Assembly (NCBI GenBank): GCA_026134085.1
Contig: JAOQIN010000005.1
Location: 9,489-73,488, forward strand
Direction of reading: 5' to 3'
Origin: Candidatus Methanoxibalbensis ujae
GTDB taxonomy: Archaea > Halobacteriota > Syntropharchaeia > Alkanophagales > Methanospirareceae
Length of the DNA stretch: 64,000 bases
In this document: one piece after another, positions 1-8,597 of the stretch
How the letters are laid out: each line of letters opens with the position of its first letter
How positions within the stretch are numbered: the stretch's first letter is position 1
The notes under the pieces: generated by a model
What the model saw: only the letters and a program-made list of their open reading frames with translations
Database searches by the model: none
Told to the model about the DNA's origin: nothing
Made by a program: the position numbers and the translations under genes

Positions 1-245
1 TCAGCAGATTTCTCCCTCAGTTTCTGCACATCCTTCACATCTATATCGCTCAATATCTCTTTCAGTTTATCCCCGAAGTTGTTGTAATCAATGAAATATC
101 TGTATGCTTCTGCACTAACTGCAAATCCCGGAGGCACTGGCACCTTTATGCGTGATACAAGCTCACCCAAATTCGCTGCCTTGCCGCCGACCAGTGCAGT
201 ATCATCTTTGCTCAGCTCTTCAAACCACAACACAAGTTTGCTCAT
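1..245 (-). CDS. ppsA: Phosphoenolpyruvate synthase (pyruvate, water dikinase), N-terminal fragment running off the window start
   Basis: A reverse-strand ATG at 245-243 opens MSKLVLWFEELSKDDTALVGGKAANLGELVSRIKVPVPPGFAVSAEAYRYF, the canonical PpsA N-terminus. The frame stays open to base 1. It is absent from the ORF track because there is no stop in the window. Confidence 0.85.
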   Translation of the reverse strand, partial: MSKLVLWFEELSKDDTALVGGKAANLGELVSRIKVPVPPGFAVSAEAYRYFIDYNNFGDKLKEILSDIDVKDVQKLREKSA

Positions 246-387
246 CCCTTCCTCTGAGTTTCACCTCATTATATTTAAAATGAGTTTGTGTTTTAGTTTG
301 TTTTGCCATATGCACCATCTTGTTATATCATTTGAAAGAGAAAAGAGGCATCAGCAGAGTCAGTGCGGTTGAGCAGTCTTTTTCTTT

Positions 388-1794
388 TTATTTTTTCCTG
401 ACAATGAGAGTGAGACCTTCTCTGCCGATTATCTCAACCTTCTCACCCGCCGGCACACGCGAGCCGTCATGTGTCTTTGCCTTCCAGATTTCGCCTCTCA
501 CCTTCACCGCGCCTTTCTCGCCGTTTATATCTTCAATCACACTCGCTGTTCTTCCCACGACATCTCCTACTTTGGGCTTTTTCCTTCGTATAGATATTAT
601 TTTCAACACAGCAAACATGAAAAATAATGCAGATACAATGCCTATACCGATAACCGCGAAGAGAAAACCTTCAAACACACCTTCACCGAGCATCAAAGGC
701 TCAGCAGGCAGTATCAACGCGCCTATCACAAGACATACAGCGGCACCTATTGACAGTATTCCGAATGTTGGTGTCAGAAATTCAGCGATCAGAAGGATGA
801 CCGCAAGCACTATGAGCAATATGCCCAGAACGTTCTCATCAAACATCTGTATACCATACAGTGCGAGAATGAGGCATATCGCACCAACCATCTCGGGCAC
901 ATAGGTTTCTGGAGACATGAATCCGAATATGAGGCCGTAAATTCCGATTATCAGCAGTATCACCGCCATCTGCGGATTGCCTATGAGCTCCGTCATGTGA
1001 ACTCGCAAACTCCTCTCATAAAAACGCAAAACCGCATGTTTTGTGTGCAGTGTGAGGTTATCACCGCCGATTCTCACAGTTATCCCGTCCGTTTTACTGA
1101 GGAGATCTGATTTATTGCACGCTATCACATCTATAATATTTCTTTCAAATGCTTCTCGCTCATCTAAAACATCATTATCCGTGACGAAGCGTGCTGCCTG
1201 TGTCTCGTTTCTGCCTCTTACAGATGCAATGCTGCTGAAATGGCCCGCGAAAAAGTTTATTGTCTTTTCATCAGCTTCCTGAACACCGCCAATGCCTATC
1301 ATGCGCGGCATCGCTGCTCCCACAGTCGTGCCGGGGGACATCGCTGCAATATGACCAGCAATCAAAATCAGAGAGCCTGCAGAAGCACATATCGCACCTT
1401 CAGGCGCAACATATGTTATGACGGGAACTTTCGCATTCAGTATCCTCTTTGTTATCTTGAGCATCGCATCTGAAACTCCTCCCGGAGTGTTCAACTCAAT
1501 GATGACAGCAGACGCGCCCACACGCTCAGCCTCTTCCATGCATTCCGATATGTATATGTATGTGCCCTCAGTTATTTCGCCCTCTATCCTCGCCACAAAG
1601 ACCTCATCACCAACAGAAGGCGCCGCAGATGCGGAGGAGGCAGAGACAAAAAAGGAGGATGATGCATCGGATGATGTGAATATGGATGCAGATGATACCT
1701 GAGGATACAAAACTTGAGGATACAAAAATACAAATGCGCACAACATAAAAACGCATGACGACAGCACCATAACCGCATCACGAGAGCGCATCAT
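388..1794 (-). CDS. NfeD-family membrane-bound ClpP-class serine protease with C-terminal NfeD OB-fold
   Basis: 468-aa ORF. Protease core ELNTPGG...SAGSLILIAGHIAAMSPGTTVGAAMP, a central block of TM helices, and a C-terminal KVRGEIWKAKTHDG...EIIGREGLTLIVRKK OB-fold domain. Confidence 0.8.
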   Translation of the reverse strand: MMRSRDAVMVLSSCVFMLCAFVFLYPQVLYPQVSSASIFTSSDASSSFFVSASSASAAPSVGDEVFVARIEGEITEGTYIYISECMEEAERVGASAVIIELNTPGGVSDAMLKITKRILNAKVPVITYVAPEGAICASAGSLILIAGHIAAMSPGTTVGAAMPRMIGIGGVQEADEKTINFFAGHFSSIASVRGRNETQAARFVTDNDVLDEREAFERNIIDVIACNKSDLLSKTDGITVRIGGDNLTLHTKHAVLRFYERSLRVHMTELIGNPQMAVILLIIGIYGLIFGFMSPETYVPEMVGAICLILALYGIQMFDENVLGILLIVLAVILLIAEFLTPTFGILSIGAAVCLVIGALILPAEPLMLGEGVFEGFLFAVIGIGIVSALFFMFAVLKIISIRRKKPKVGDVVGRTASVIEDINGEKGAVKVRGEIWKAKTHDGSRVPAGEKVEIIGREGLTLIVRKK

Positions 1795-1837
1795 ATAATA
1801 TCGGCAGCATCACTTATTTACTTCGCTGGGACCGCTC

Positions 1838-2188
1838 CAGCTCTCTGCTCTGTATGCAAAAGTGATTGAGCTCGGCAACAGGACAGCGTCACCACCGTCT
1901 GAAGAGGATTTTCCCCTCGCATGCTGAATCGCCGACAAGTACTGCTGGGGAGTTCTGGTCTCACATCAGCTTCCCAGTATATGGGGATCTCACGCTACCT
2001 TGTGACCTCCTCACCTCACCTGACAGTGAGGCTCACGGGTTCCCAGTTCCACAGAGCTTGCCCCAAGCCTTCCGCGGTCGAAGGCTTCACTTCGGGTAGC
2101 CCGCCCCACATCATAACCCGAGCTGAGAAGGAGAGAGGGCACTTATGGTCTCTCAGCACAGCAGGACGTGTTTCAGCAGAAACCATCC
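1838..2188 (-). ncRNA. Structured non-coding RNA, most likely SRP (7S) RNA; family not resolved
   Basis: The gap between nfeD and larB has only short mutually overlapping ORFs with implausible composition. It carries dense nested hairpins (AAGCCUUC/GAAGGCUU, CCUCAC/GUGAGG, GAGG/CCUC, GCUGG/CCAGC). A closing helix pairs AGCUCGG (2124-2118) with CCGAGCU (1875-1869), and an outer pairing joins CUGCUGUG with CAGAGCAG. The minus-strand reading adds G-U pairs, a CUGUGGAACUGGGAAC segment resembling the SRP Alu UGUAAC..GGAAAC motif, and CAGGUGAGGU..CACAAGG resembling helix 8. A TATA-like CTTTATTTT (minus strand) lies at 2210-2218. Ends are approximate. Confidence 0.45.
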
Positions 2189-2265
2189 ATATGTGAAAAA
2201 TCCTGCGGCAAAATAAAGACAAACAGCTGCATACACGATTTGAGAAAGCGGAAAACGGATGGGGT

Positions 2266-3108
2266 ATGAGAGGGGAAACAGCAGAAAATGAAAATGAAAT
2301 ATTGAGAACTTTGAAGTGCCTTGCGAGCGGCGACATGAGTGTTGAGGAGGCATATGAGCGCATTTGCAAGCGGCAATGTGTTCGCATATTGAGAGATTTT
2401 GCGAGAATTGACACAGACAGAATGCAGCGGACTGGCATACCCGAAATCATTTTTGCGGAGGGTAAGAGCAGTGAGCAAGTTGCGGAGATAGCGATCGCTC
2501 TTGCATCTTCACAGGGCTTCGCGCTGGTCAGCAGGGCATCTGAAGATGATGTTTCGGCGATAAAATCAGCAATTGACAGTCATGCTGAGAATTTTGAAAT
2601 TGAACACAACAAAATCGCTCGCACAGTTCTTGTGAAGAGTCCCTCATACAGTTCGGAGAAAATTGGAAAAATAAGCATAATCGCGGCAGGCACCGCGGAT
2701 ATGCGTGTTGCTGAGGAGGCGAGGGTCGTTGCTGAGGTATGCGGTTGCGATGTGATCACAGCCTATGATGTTGGCATCGCAGGACTTCACCGCCTTTCAG
2801 CACCGCTTGAGCGCATGTTGGACGAAGATGTGTCCGCAATAATCGTTGTGGCGGGCATGGAGGGTGCATTGCCATCTGTCGTCACCTCGCTCGTTGATGT
2901 CCCTGTCATCGGTGTCCCTTCATCAATCGGCTACGGTATCGGCGGCAGGGGAGTCGCTGCACTGCTGTCAATGCTGCAGTCCTGCACACCGGGACTGGCT
3001 GTCGTCAACATAGATAACGGCGTGGCAGCAGGCGCACTCGCAGCGAGAATCGTGAGGGCATGCAGCAGGAGTAAAAACAAGAAAAGGAAAAAAGATGCCC
3101 CGTCCTAG
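2266..3108 (+). CDS. larB: LarB, nickel-pincer cofactor biosynthesis carboxylase/hydrolase (PurE-like)
   Basis: 280 aa. Carries the PurE/AIR-carboxylase-like core IIAAGTADMRVAEEA...VVAGMEGALPSVVTSLVDVPVIGVPSSIGYG...GVAALLSMLQSC typical of LarB. Confidence 0.8.
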   Translation: MRGETAENENEILRTLKCLASGDMSVEEAYERICKRQCVRILRDFARIDTDRMQRTGIPEIIFAEGKSSEQVAEIAIALASSQGFALVSRASEDDVSAIKSAIDSHAENFEIEHNKIARTVLVKSPSYSSEKIGKISIIAAGTADMRVAEEARVVAEVCGCDVITAYDVGIAGLHRLSAPLERMLDEDVSAIIVVAGMEGALPSVVTSLVDVPVIGVPSSIGYGIGGRGVAALLSMLQSCTPGLAVVNIDNGVAAGALAARIVRACSRSKNKKRKKDAPS

Positions 3109-3399
3109 CGGTTGATGTGCAGACTGGCATTTGACAGCATCCTCCGTGATGTGCATCTTGCTCAACCATCCAGAAATTCATCAGCGGATCATCAGATAAA
3201 CCTTCAGATCTCATGGATCTGCTTTCATAATGGTGGCTCGCCTGGTTTTCAATGACCGTGAAGACGACATATGTGAGACCTTTCACGAAATCACTGCGCA
3301 AATTAAACAGAGAGGATTAATCATAGATCATAGCAAAGAAGAATCACACGCAAACGGACAAGCTCTTACACATACTCACACGCACGGACACTCACACAG

Positions 3400-4250
3400 G
3401 GGGAGGTCTGCGTTTGAATGGAATTGAACCTGAACGACCCATCGCATATTCATTCCTCCTCCGAGGCGGTTGAACACGAACACTCAAAGCTGGACGGCGG
3501 GAGCGCAGGACTTTCGTTGGGGAACTTGGAACGGTATGCACGGAACAGCTCCTTCAGCCTTTTCCGAGAGGAATATTTTGGAGGCATCCATGGGCTAAGT
3601 TACCGCAAGCCATGTTCCGAATTAGGAAGCCACAATTATAACATCGTAGTCATTGATGCAACAGATTGCGCAGGAAATCGTTTAACCGCTCATAAGCTTT
3701 TAATTTTATTCTTTCCTTCACTTTATTTTGATTCTTTCATCCTCCTTGATAGGTTTATTCTTATCAAGTTCAGAGTATCACCATCAGCGTCATACCCTAT
3801 CCCTATCAGCGTCATACCGGAATCAATTCCGACGCATTTGCAAGTTGGCTGTAAAGGCTTGGGCTGATCTTCCACATGCACGAATACAATCTTTCCGATT
3901 TCAGTTCAGTTTACCCCCTGATTTTTCCTTCAAACTGTGCGGGCATCTCACCGATTTTTGATAAGATCGGCTTTTTCCTGTCAAAGTCAATCCTGAAACC
4001 AGATTGGTTTGTTTTGAACTCTCACTATCTCAATTCTCTCCCTTCTTCAGTTTGACTGAAATGGCTTGAGTATCTTTTGGCTCTGGTGTTCTACCCTCCT
4101 CTTCAGCTCTCTCTTCTTCAGCTCAGCTCAACTCTCAGAGCAGGCGATTGTCCATCTGCATAGCTCAAGCTGACAAGCTGATTTGGATTTTTGTTAAAGA
4201 TAGCTCAGCATGGCTGTACAAATCTATATAACATCTGAGAAAGAGAGATA
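3400..4250 (-). pseudogene. Decayed TnpB (IS200/IS605-family OrfB, RNA-guided nuclease family) relic with multiple frameshifts and stops
   Basis: Minus-strand translation in shifting frames gives GFRIDFDRKKPILSKIGEMPAQFEGKIRG*, EIGKIVFVHVEDQPKPLQPTCKCVGIDSGM (the RuvC-I VGID.G motif), RLNDFLRNLLHQ*..YDVIIVAS.IRNM (matching the K.D.LHK.S....YD.IVVEDL.I..M block) and a degraded FECSCS..EE zinc-finger region. There is no intact ORF. Boundaries are approximate. Confidence 0.55.
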
Positions 4251-4658
4251 ACACATCATTCTTCCCTCATTTTACCCTTTACTCTGTTCAACAGTTTATA
4301 TGCATTTCCATTCGTTCTTCATCAGTTTTGAATCGGCGTATAAATAACCACAAGCCTCCACTGCTGTACATGCACACTTCCTCTCGGAAGGAGACTTAAC
4401 AGCAACAGAAAGTCAGATGAAAACACCAACTGAAACTGCTGCGATTGAAAAAAGTTAAAATTCCAAATAGAAAATTATACATATATTATAATACATATTA
4501 TAATGCAGCATCAAATAATGTAACCTAAAATATTGTTTATACAATACAAAATTGCTCAATATTGGCAATTTAGATGATAGAAATCTATAAAAACTAATTT
4601 CATCATAGTGGGGAATGCCCGATGTATCGGGCAATAACTGGGGAGGGAGGTGATGCGC

Positions 4659-5534
4659 ATGAAGAAGGTGTATGCAATATTGATGATATCTGTCATCTTG
4701 GGCACACTGCTCTCAACTGGTGTGCCATCTGTGATGAGTGCTGAGCCGACTGCGAAGAGCATTGCGACCGTCGGCAATGTGCCGCCGTATGTGTGCTGCA
4801 AGTGGGAAGAGCCTGATGATGATCCCGAAAAAGATGGAACGCAGGTGATGCCCAATCCGTACCCCGAAATGAAAGAGGTGGTTGTGAAGGCGTGCGTGTG
4901 CGATGGAAACGGCAATGAGGACATCACTCATGTGTTTGCAGTTGTAACGGACTCAGAGGGAAATGTGATTGCCGAACTCGAGCTGAAGCCTGATGAGAAT
5001 GTAAGCTGTGATGATTGCAAATGCGTATATCCTGGTATTGATTGCACAGGATATTCAGGCGTCTTTGAGATGGGTCCGTGCGCACCTGCTGGCAACTACA
5101 CCGTAAATGTCACAGCAGTTGACAGTCAGAATGAGACAGCCAGCGTGGAAAATGTGTTTGAGTATCTCTCGCTCAAGGCGCTCGCTATAAACTTTGACAC
5201 CGTCGCATTTGAAGGCAATCCTGGTGATGAAAATGTGACGGGTGAGGAGCTCTTCAACAATACAGTGGTGAACAGCACGATAACGAGTGTCGGCAATGAT
5301 CCAGTTGATGTCGGAATTGAAGCGACTGATCTGACAGACGGAGCTGGAAATGTGATAGGCGGGGAGAACATGTCTGCGATCATAGCCGGTGAGGAATCAG
5401 TTATAAAGCCCGAACATGTCTGGGATGTCGGACTCGGCTGCAATGAATACACATCTGTGACATTCCTCCTCGACATACCAGCAGGAACGAATCCGGGCTT
5501 GTATGAGGGCGAGATCATAATAACGCCGCACTAA
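4659..5534 (+). CDS. Secreted cell-surface protein, hypothetical (signal peptide, Ig-like modules, N-glycosylation sequon-rich)
   Basis: GGAGGTGA SD 5 nt upstream of the ATG at 4659. Signal peptide MKKVYAILMISVILGTLLSTGVPSVMSA|E. At least 8 N-x-S/T sequons. The N-terminal module is shared with the 7133-8509 product. Confidence 0.7.
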   Translation: MKKVYAILMISVILGTLLSTGVPSVMSAEPTAKSIATVGNVPPYVCCKWEEPDDDPEKDGTQVMPNPYPEMKEVVVKACVCDGNGNEDITHVFAVVTDSEGNVIAELELKPDENVSCDDCKCVYPGIDCTGYSGVFEMGPCAPAGNYTVNVTAVDSQNETASVENVFEYLSLKALAINFDTVAFEGNPGDENVTGEELFNNTVVNSTITSVGNDPVDVGIEATDLTDGAGNVIGGENMSAIIAGEESVIKPEHVWDVGLGCNEYTSVTFLLDIPAGTNPGLYEGEIIITPH

Positions 5535-5650
5535 CGCCGACGCCGCACTGAAGCTCTGATACAGGAGGAAGTGCAGATGCACATTTTTTTTACTTTTTTT
5601 CCACTATTTTTTGCCGTGTTATGTGAGTGAGGTGCATGACTATGTGGGGG

Positions 5651-6889
5651 ATGAAACAGCGTATTTTGATAGCGATTGCCGGGATTGTGCTGTTGATGAG
5701 TTGTTCAGTTGCGCATGCAGGCATCGGTCTCGGAATTTCGCCATCGCATATTGAGTTGAAGGACGCGTTGAGAGGCGGCACATACGAGAGGACGATCGCG
5801 ATATTCAACACAGGCGATTCTGATGGAGAATTCGCACTTTACGCGGAAGGCGCTGAGAACATATGCGACATAGAATTTCACAGGAACGGGGAGCGCGTTG
5901 ACCGCATAAAAATACCTGCGGGAGAGAAAGCAACTGTAACCGTTCTCTTTAAGATAAAAAATGATGTGCCGAACGGCGAATATGAGACGAAAATATACGC
6001 CGCAAGTGTTCCGTCTGGAGGCAATATAAGTGAAGGAATGGGAGCAAAAGCTATTATACAAATACCTTCAACCGTTGTTATATCCGTGACAGGAACACAG
6101 ATACTGCGAGGAGAGGTGAAAAGTGTTCATATTTACGATACGGAAGTTGGTATTCCGCTGAGGATAGAGGTGAAATTCAGAAATACGGGAAATGTCGTGG
6201 CGTATCCGAGGGTGAATGTCAGGATAGAAAAGGAGAGCGGCATTCTCGTTGATTCGTTTGAAAGGGCGGACTTCGGCGTGAATCCGGGTGGTGAGGACAC
6301 CATCACGCTCACGTGGAACACAACAGATGAGGGTGATTACAGCGCCGAGGTCACTGTGTATCTCGGCGATGATGTCCTGTATGAGGATGTGCTGCCGTTC
6401 AAAATACTTCCGTTCGGAACACTCACGAGAAATGGAACGCTGAACCGCATATACATTGAGGGTGAGCCTCTTTTGAACCGCATGGTGAAAATAATTGCGG
6501 AATTCGTGAACACAGGCGAAATAGACACTTATGCACAGTTCAAATGCGAAATTTACCATAACGGCTCGCTTATTGATCTTGCTGAAAGTGATAAAATGTT
6601 TGTTGAGCGTGGTAAAAAATGCAGTATGCAGGTTTACTACAAAATAACAGAATGTGGAGAATATGAAATCAGAGGATATGTGTCTTATGATGGCAAGAAT
6701 ACGGACGAAAAGAGTCTGAAATTCACTGTTCCTGATGTCTCTTCCGGAGAAAAAGAGAGCGGGAGCTCAAATATCCTGCCATATCCGCACGCAGCACTGC
6801 TCCTCGTGTTGATCGCATCGGCTGTTGCAATGAGGAGAAGTCGTGAGAAGAAGAATGAGAAGCATCGTGCGCGCCATCGTGACAAATGA
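5651..6889 (+). CDS. Cell-surface protein with repeated Ig-like (CARDB/NEW3-like) domains and a C-terminal TM anchor with basic tail
   Basis: Signal peptide MKQRILIAIAGIVLLMSCSVAHA. Repeated V.V.F.N.G pattern (TIAIFNTGDSDG, VKFRNTGNVVA, AEFVNTGEIDT). Ser/Gly linker followed by LPYPHAALLLVLIASAVAMRRSREKK. The start could be 5627, 5636 or 5651. Confidence 0.7.
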   Translation: MKQRILIAIAGIVLLMSCSVAHAGIGLGISPSHIELKDALRGGTYERTIAIFNTGDSDGEFALYAEGAENICDIEFHRNGERVDRIKIPAGEKATVTVLFKIKNDVPNGEYETKIYAASVPSGGNISEGMGAKAIIQIPSTVVISVTGTQILRGEVKSVHIYDTEVGIPLRIEVKFRNTGNVVAYPRVNVRIEKESGILVDSFERADFGVNPGGEDTITLTWNTTDEGDYSAEVTVYLGDDVLYEDVLPFKILPFGTLTRNGTLNRIYIEGEPLLNRMVKIIAEFVNTGEIDTYAQFKCEIYHNGSLIDLAESDKMFVERGKKCSMQVYYKITECGEYEIRGYVSYDGKNTDEKSLKFTVPDVSSGEKESGSSNILPYPHAALLLVLIASAVAMRRSREKKNEKHRARHRDK

Positions 6890-7132
6890 CGGGGTGCTCC
6901 GCAAGCCGGTATCAAGCCAGTATCATTGTGAAATAAGCGTGTGAAAGTGCAATGAACGCATGAAAGTCGGCGTCATGATGTGAGATGATGTGATAATATG
7001 TATGAGGATATGATGATATGCGACAATGTATAGCGATGTGATAATATAATGATACTAAGTGTGATAAGTGTGAGTAATAATTTGAAATATGAGAAATAAA
7101 ATGAAATAAATGAGAGGGAGGTGATAGACCAT

Positions 7133-8509
7133 ATGAGATTATCAGCTGTTGGAGCCTCGCTGACATCAATACAGCTGCTGATTGTGGTGTTGCTGGCATC
7201 TGTGGTGATCTCCGCTGCGTGTCTTGGAGTGTTCGGAAAGTCGTCAAATACCGCCTCTTCTGTGGTTAATGTGGCAAATACCCCACCATCATTCATATCA
7301 TTGAGCATACCGGATGACAGTGCTGATCCTGGATATCAGGTTATAAATCCGGATCCGGAGAGGAACAGGACAGTCAGACTGGAGGTGGTGCTGTGTGACA
7401 TGAACGGACACGATGATATATCAAATGTGAATGCGAACATAACAGGTCCAAGTCATGTTGATCCATTTACATTGAAATTAAATCGCACTTTAAATGTGAG
7501 CACAGCAGTTTATGAGGGATATTTCAACATGTCACATCACAAACAGGGAGAATACACAATAACAGTGAGAGCCTGCGATAAAGGAGGTATGTCCTCTCAG
7601 GCAGAATTGAATTTCACATATTTGCCTGCTGTGAACCTCACGGTATATGACTTTGCTGAGGGAGCTGGAGAGGACAAATGGGCATATCGCAGGCAACATG
7701 ACGAGAAGCCGCCGAGCAGGAACGATGTGCCGGGAGTTTCTTTCAGTCAGCCGGGGTATAATCTGATAAGCGAGGATGATGGGAGGACCGCAATAGATGG
7801 GACGAGCAAAGATGGAAATTATGCGATACACAGATTCAATTTCAAGATAAAGGAAAGGGTTCCGGATATAACGCGTGTTGAAGTGCTGTGGAAAGGCTTG
7901 GGAACTCATATCACTGATGAGAGAGGCGCCACTCTCTACATATGGAACTTCTCAAGCGGAGCATATGACGAACTTGACAGAGGCACAGATGTTTTTCTAA
8001 CGCTTCACGGCAACATCACCGAGAACATCTGCAATTACATAGATGATGATGGCATGCTTGTCGTCGCTGTTGAGCAGAACTCGCCGCAGAGCAGGTGGTT
8101 CATGTTCAAACTGCGCTCTTACATCGCCACGGATTACATCTGTGTGAATGTTTCATACATTCCGCATACAGTGTTGAATATTTTGGATGTCAAGCCGACT
8201 GCGCTAGTCGTGCGACCGGGTGCTGAAATCCGTTTTGACATAAATGTGACGAACGAGGGAGCTCCAGGCACGGGATATGTGAACGGCACAGTCGTATATC
8301 CGAACGGCACGAAGTGCGATATAGGGTTTGAAAGGACAGAACACATGGAAACAGGCGGGACCTCCACCGTATATCTGCACTGGACTGTTCCCGAGGATGC
8401 GCCCCCAGGCATTTATGGTTTCATAGCCTCATCGTGGGACAGATGCAGTTCTGGATGCGATGGCTTTCAGGATGAAGTGTATCTGAGAAAGGCGTTCAGG
8501 GTGATATGA
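7133..8509 (+). CDS. Secreted or membrane-anchored surface protein, hypothetical (paralogous N-terminal module to 4659-5534)
   Basis: GGAGGTGA SD upstream of the ATG at 7133. N-terminal hydrophobic anchor SIQLLIVVLLASVVISAAC (possible lipobox-like SAAC). About 13 N-x-S/T sequons. PKD-like GEYTITVRACDKGG. Confidence 0.7.
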   Translation: MRLSAVGASLTSIQLLIVVLLASVVISAACLGVFGKSSNTASSVVNVANTPPSFISLSIPDDSADPGYQVINPDPERNRTVRLEVVLCDMNGHDDISNVNANITGPSHVDPFTLKLNRTLNVSTAVYEGYFNMSHHKQGEYTITVRACDKGGMSSQAELNFTYLPAVNLTVYDFAEGAGEDKWAYRRQHDEKPPSRNDVPGVSFSQPGYNLISEDDGRTAIDGTSKDGNYAIHRFNFKIKERVPDITRVEVLWKGLGTHITDERGATLYIWNFSSGAYDELDRGTDVFLTLHGNITENICNYIDDDGMLVVAVEQNSPQSRWFMFKLRSYIATDYICVNVSYIPHTVLNILDVKPTALVVRPGAEIRFDINVTNEGAPGTGYVNGTVVYPNGTKCDIGFERTEHMETGGTSTVYLHWTVPEDAPPGIYGFIASSWDRCSSGCDGFQDEVYLRKAFRVI

Positions 8510-8556
8510 CTTATTTCACTTTTTGATTTTTTTCTTTTTTTTCTCTTTTGTTCATG
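8510..8556 (+). terminator. Oligo-T archaeal termination tract after the surface-protein cluster
   Basis: Runs of T5-T8 (ctttttgatttttttcttttttttctcttttg) lie immediately after the stop at 8509. Confidence 0.45.
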
Positions 8557-8597
8557 TTTGTCATATGTTATTCCATAATAAGCGCTCCTGCTCTTGC

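Noticed and set aside
388-1794. Expected stomatin/SPFH partner gene next to NfeD
   Set aside because: No SPFH gene is adjacent; ppsA and the ncRNA flank it. This is noted, but a lone NfeD is not in itself unusual enough to report.
3418-3867. 149-aa ORF (and the His-rich 3230-3427 ORF) downstream of larB
   Set aside because: The opposite strand carries recognisable TnpB fragments across this interval. The ORFs have no SD, and the His-rich part is just a translated CA-rich repeat.
7133-7230. Class III (type IV pilin-like) signal peptide in the 7133-8509 product
   Set aside because: The G-A-S site lacks the required charged residue at position -2, and the hydrophobic stretch is better read as a signal anchor or lipobox-like SAAC.
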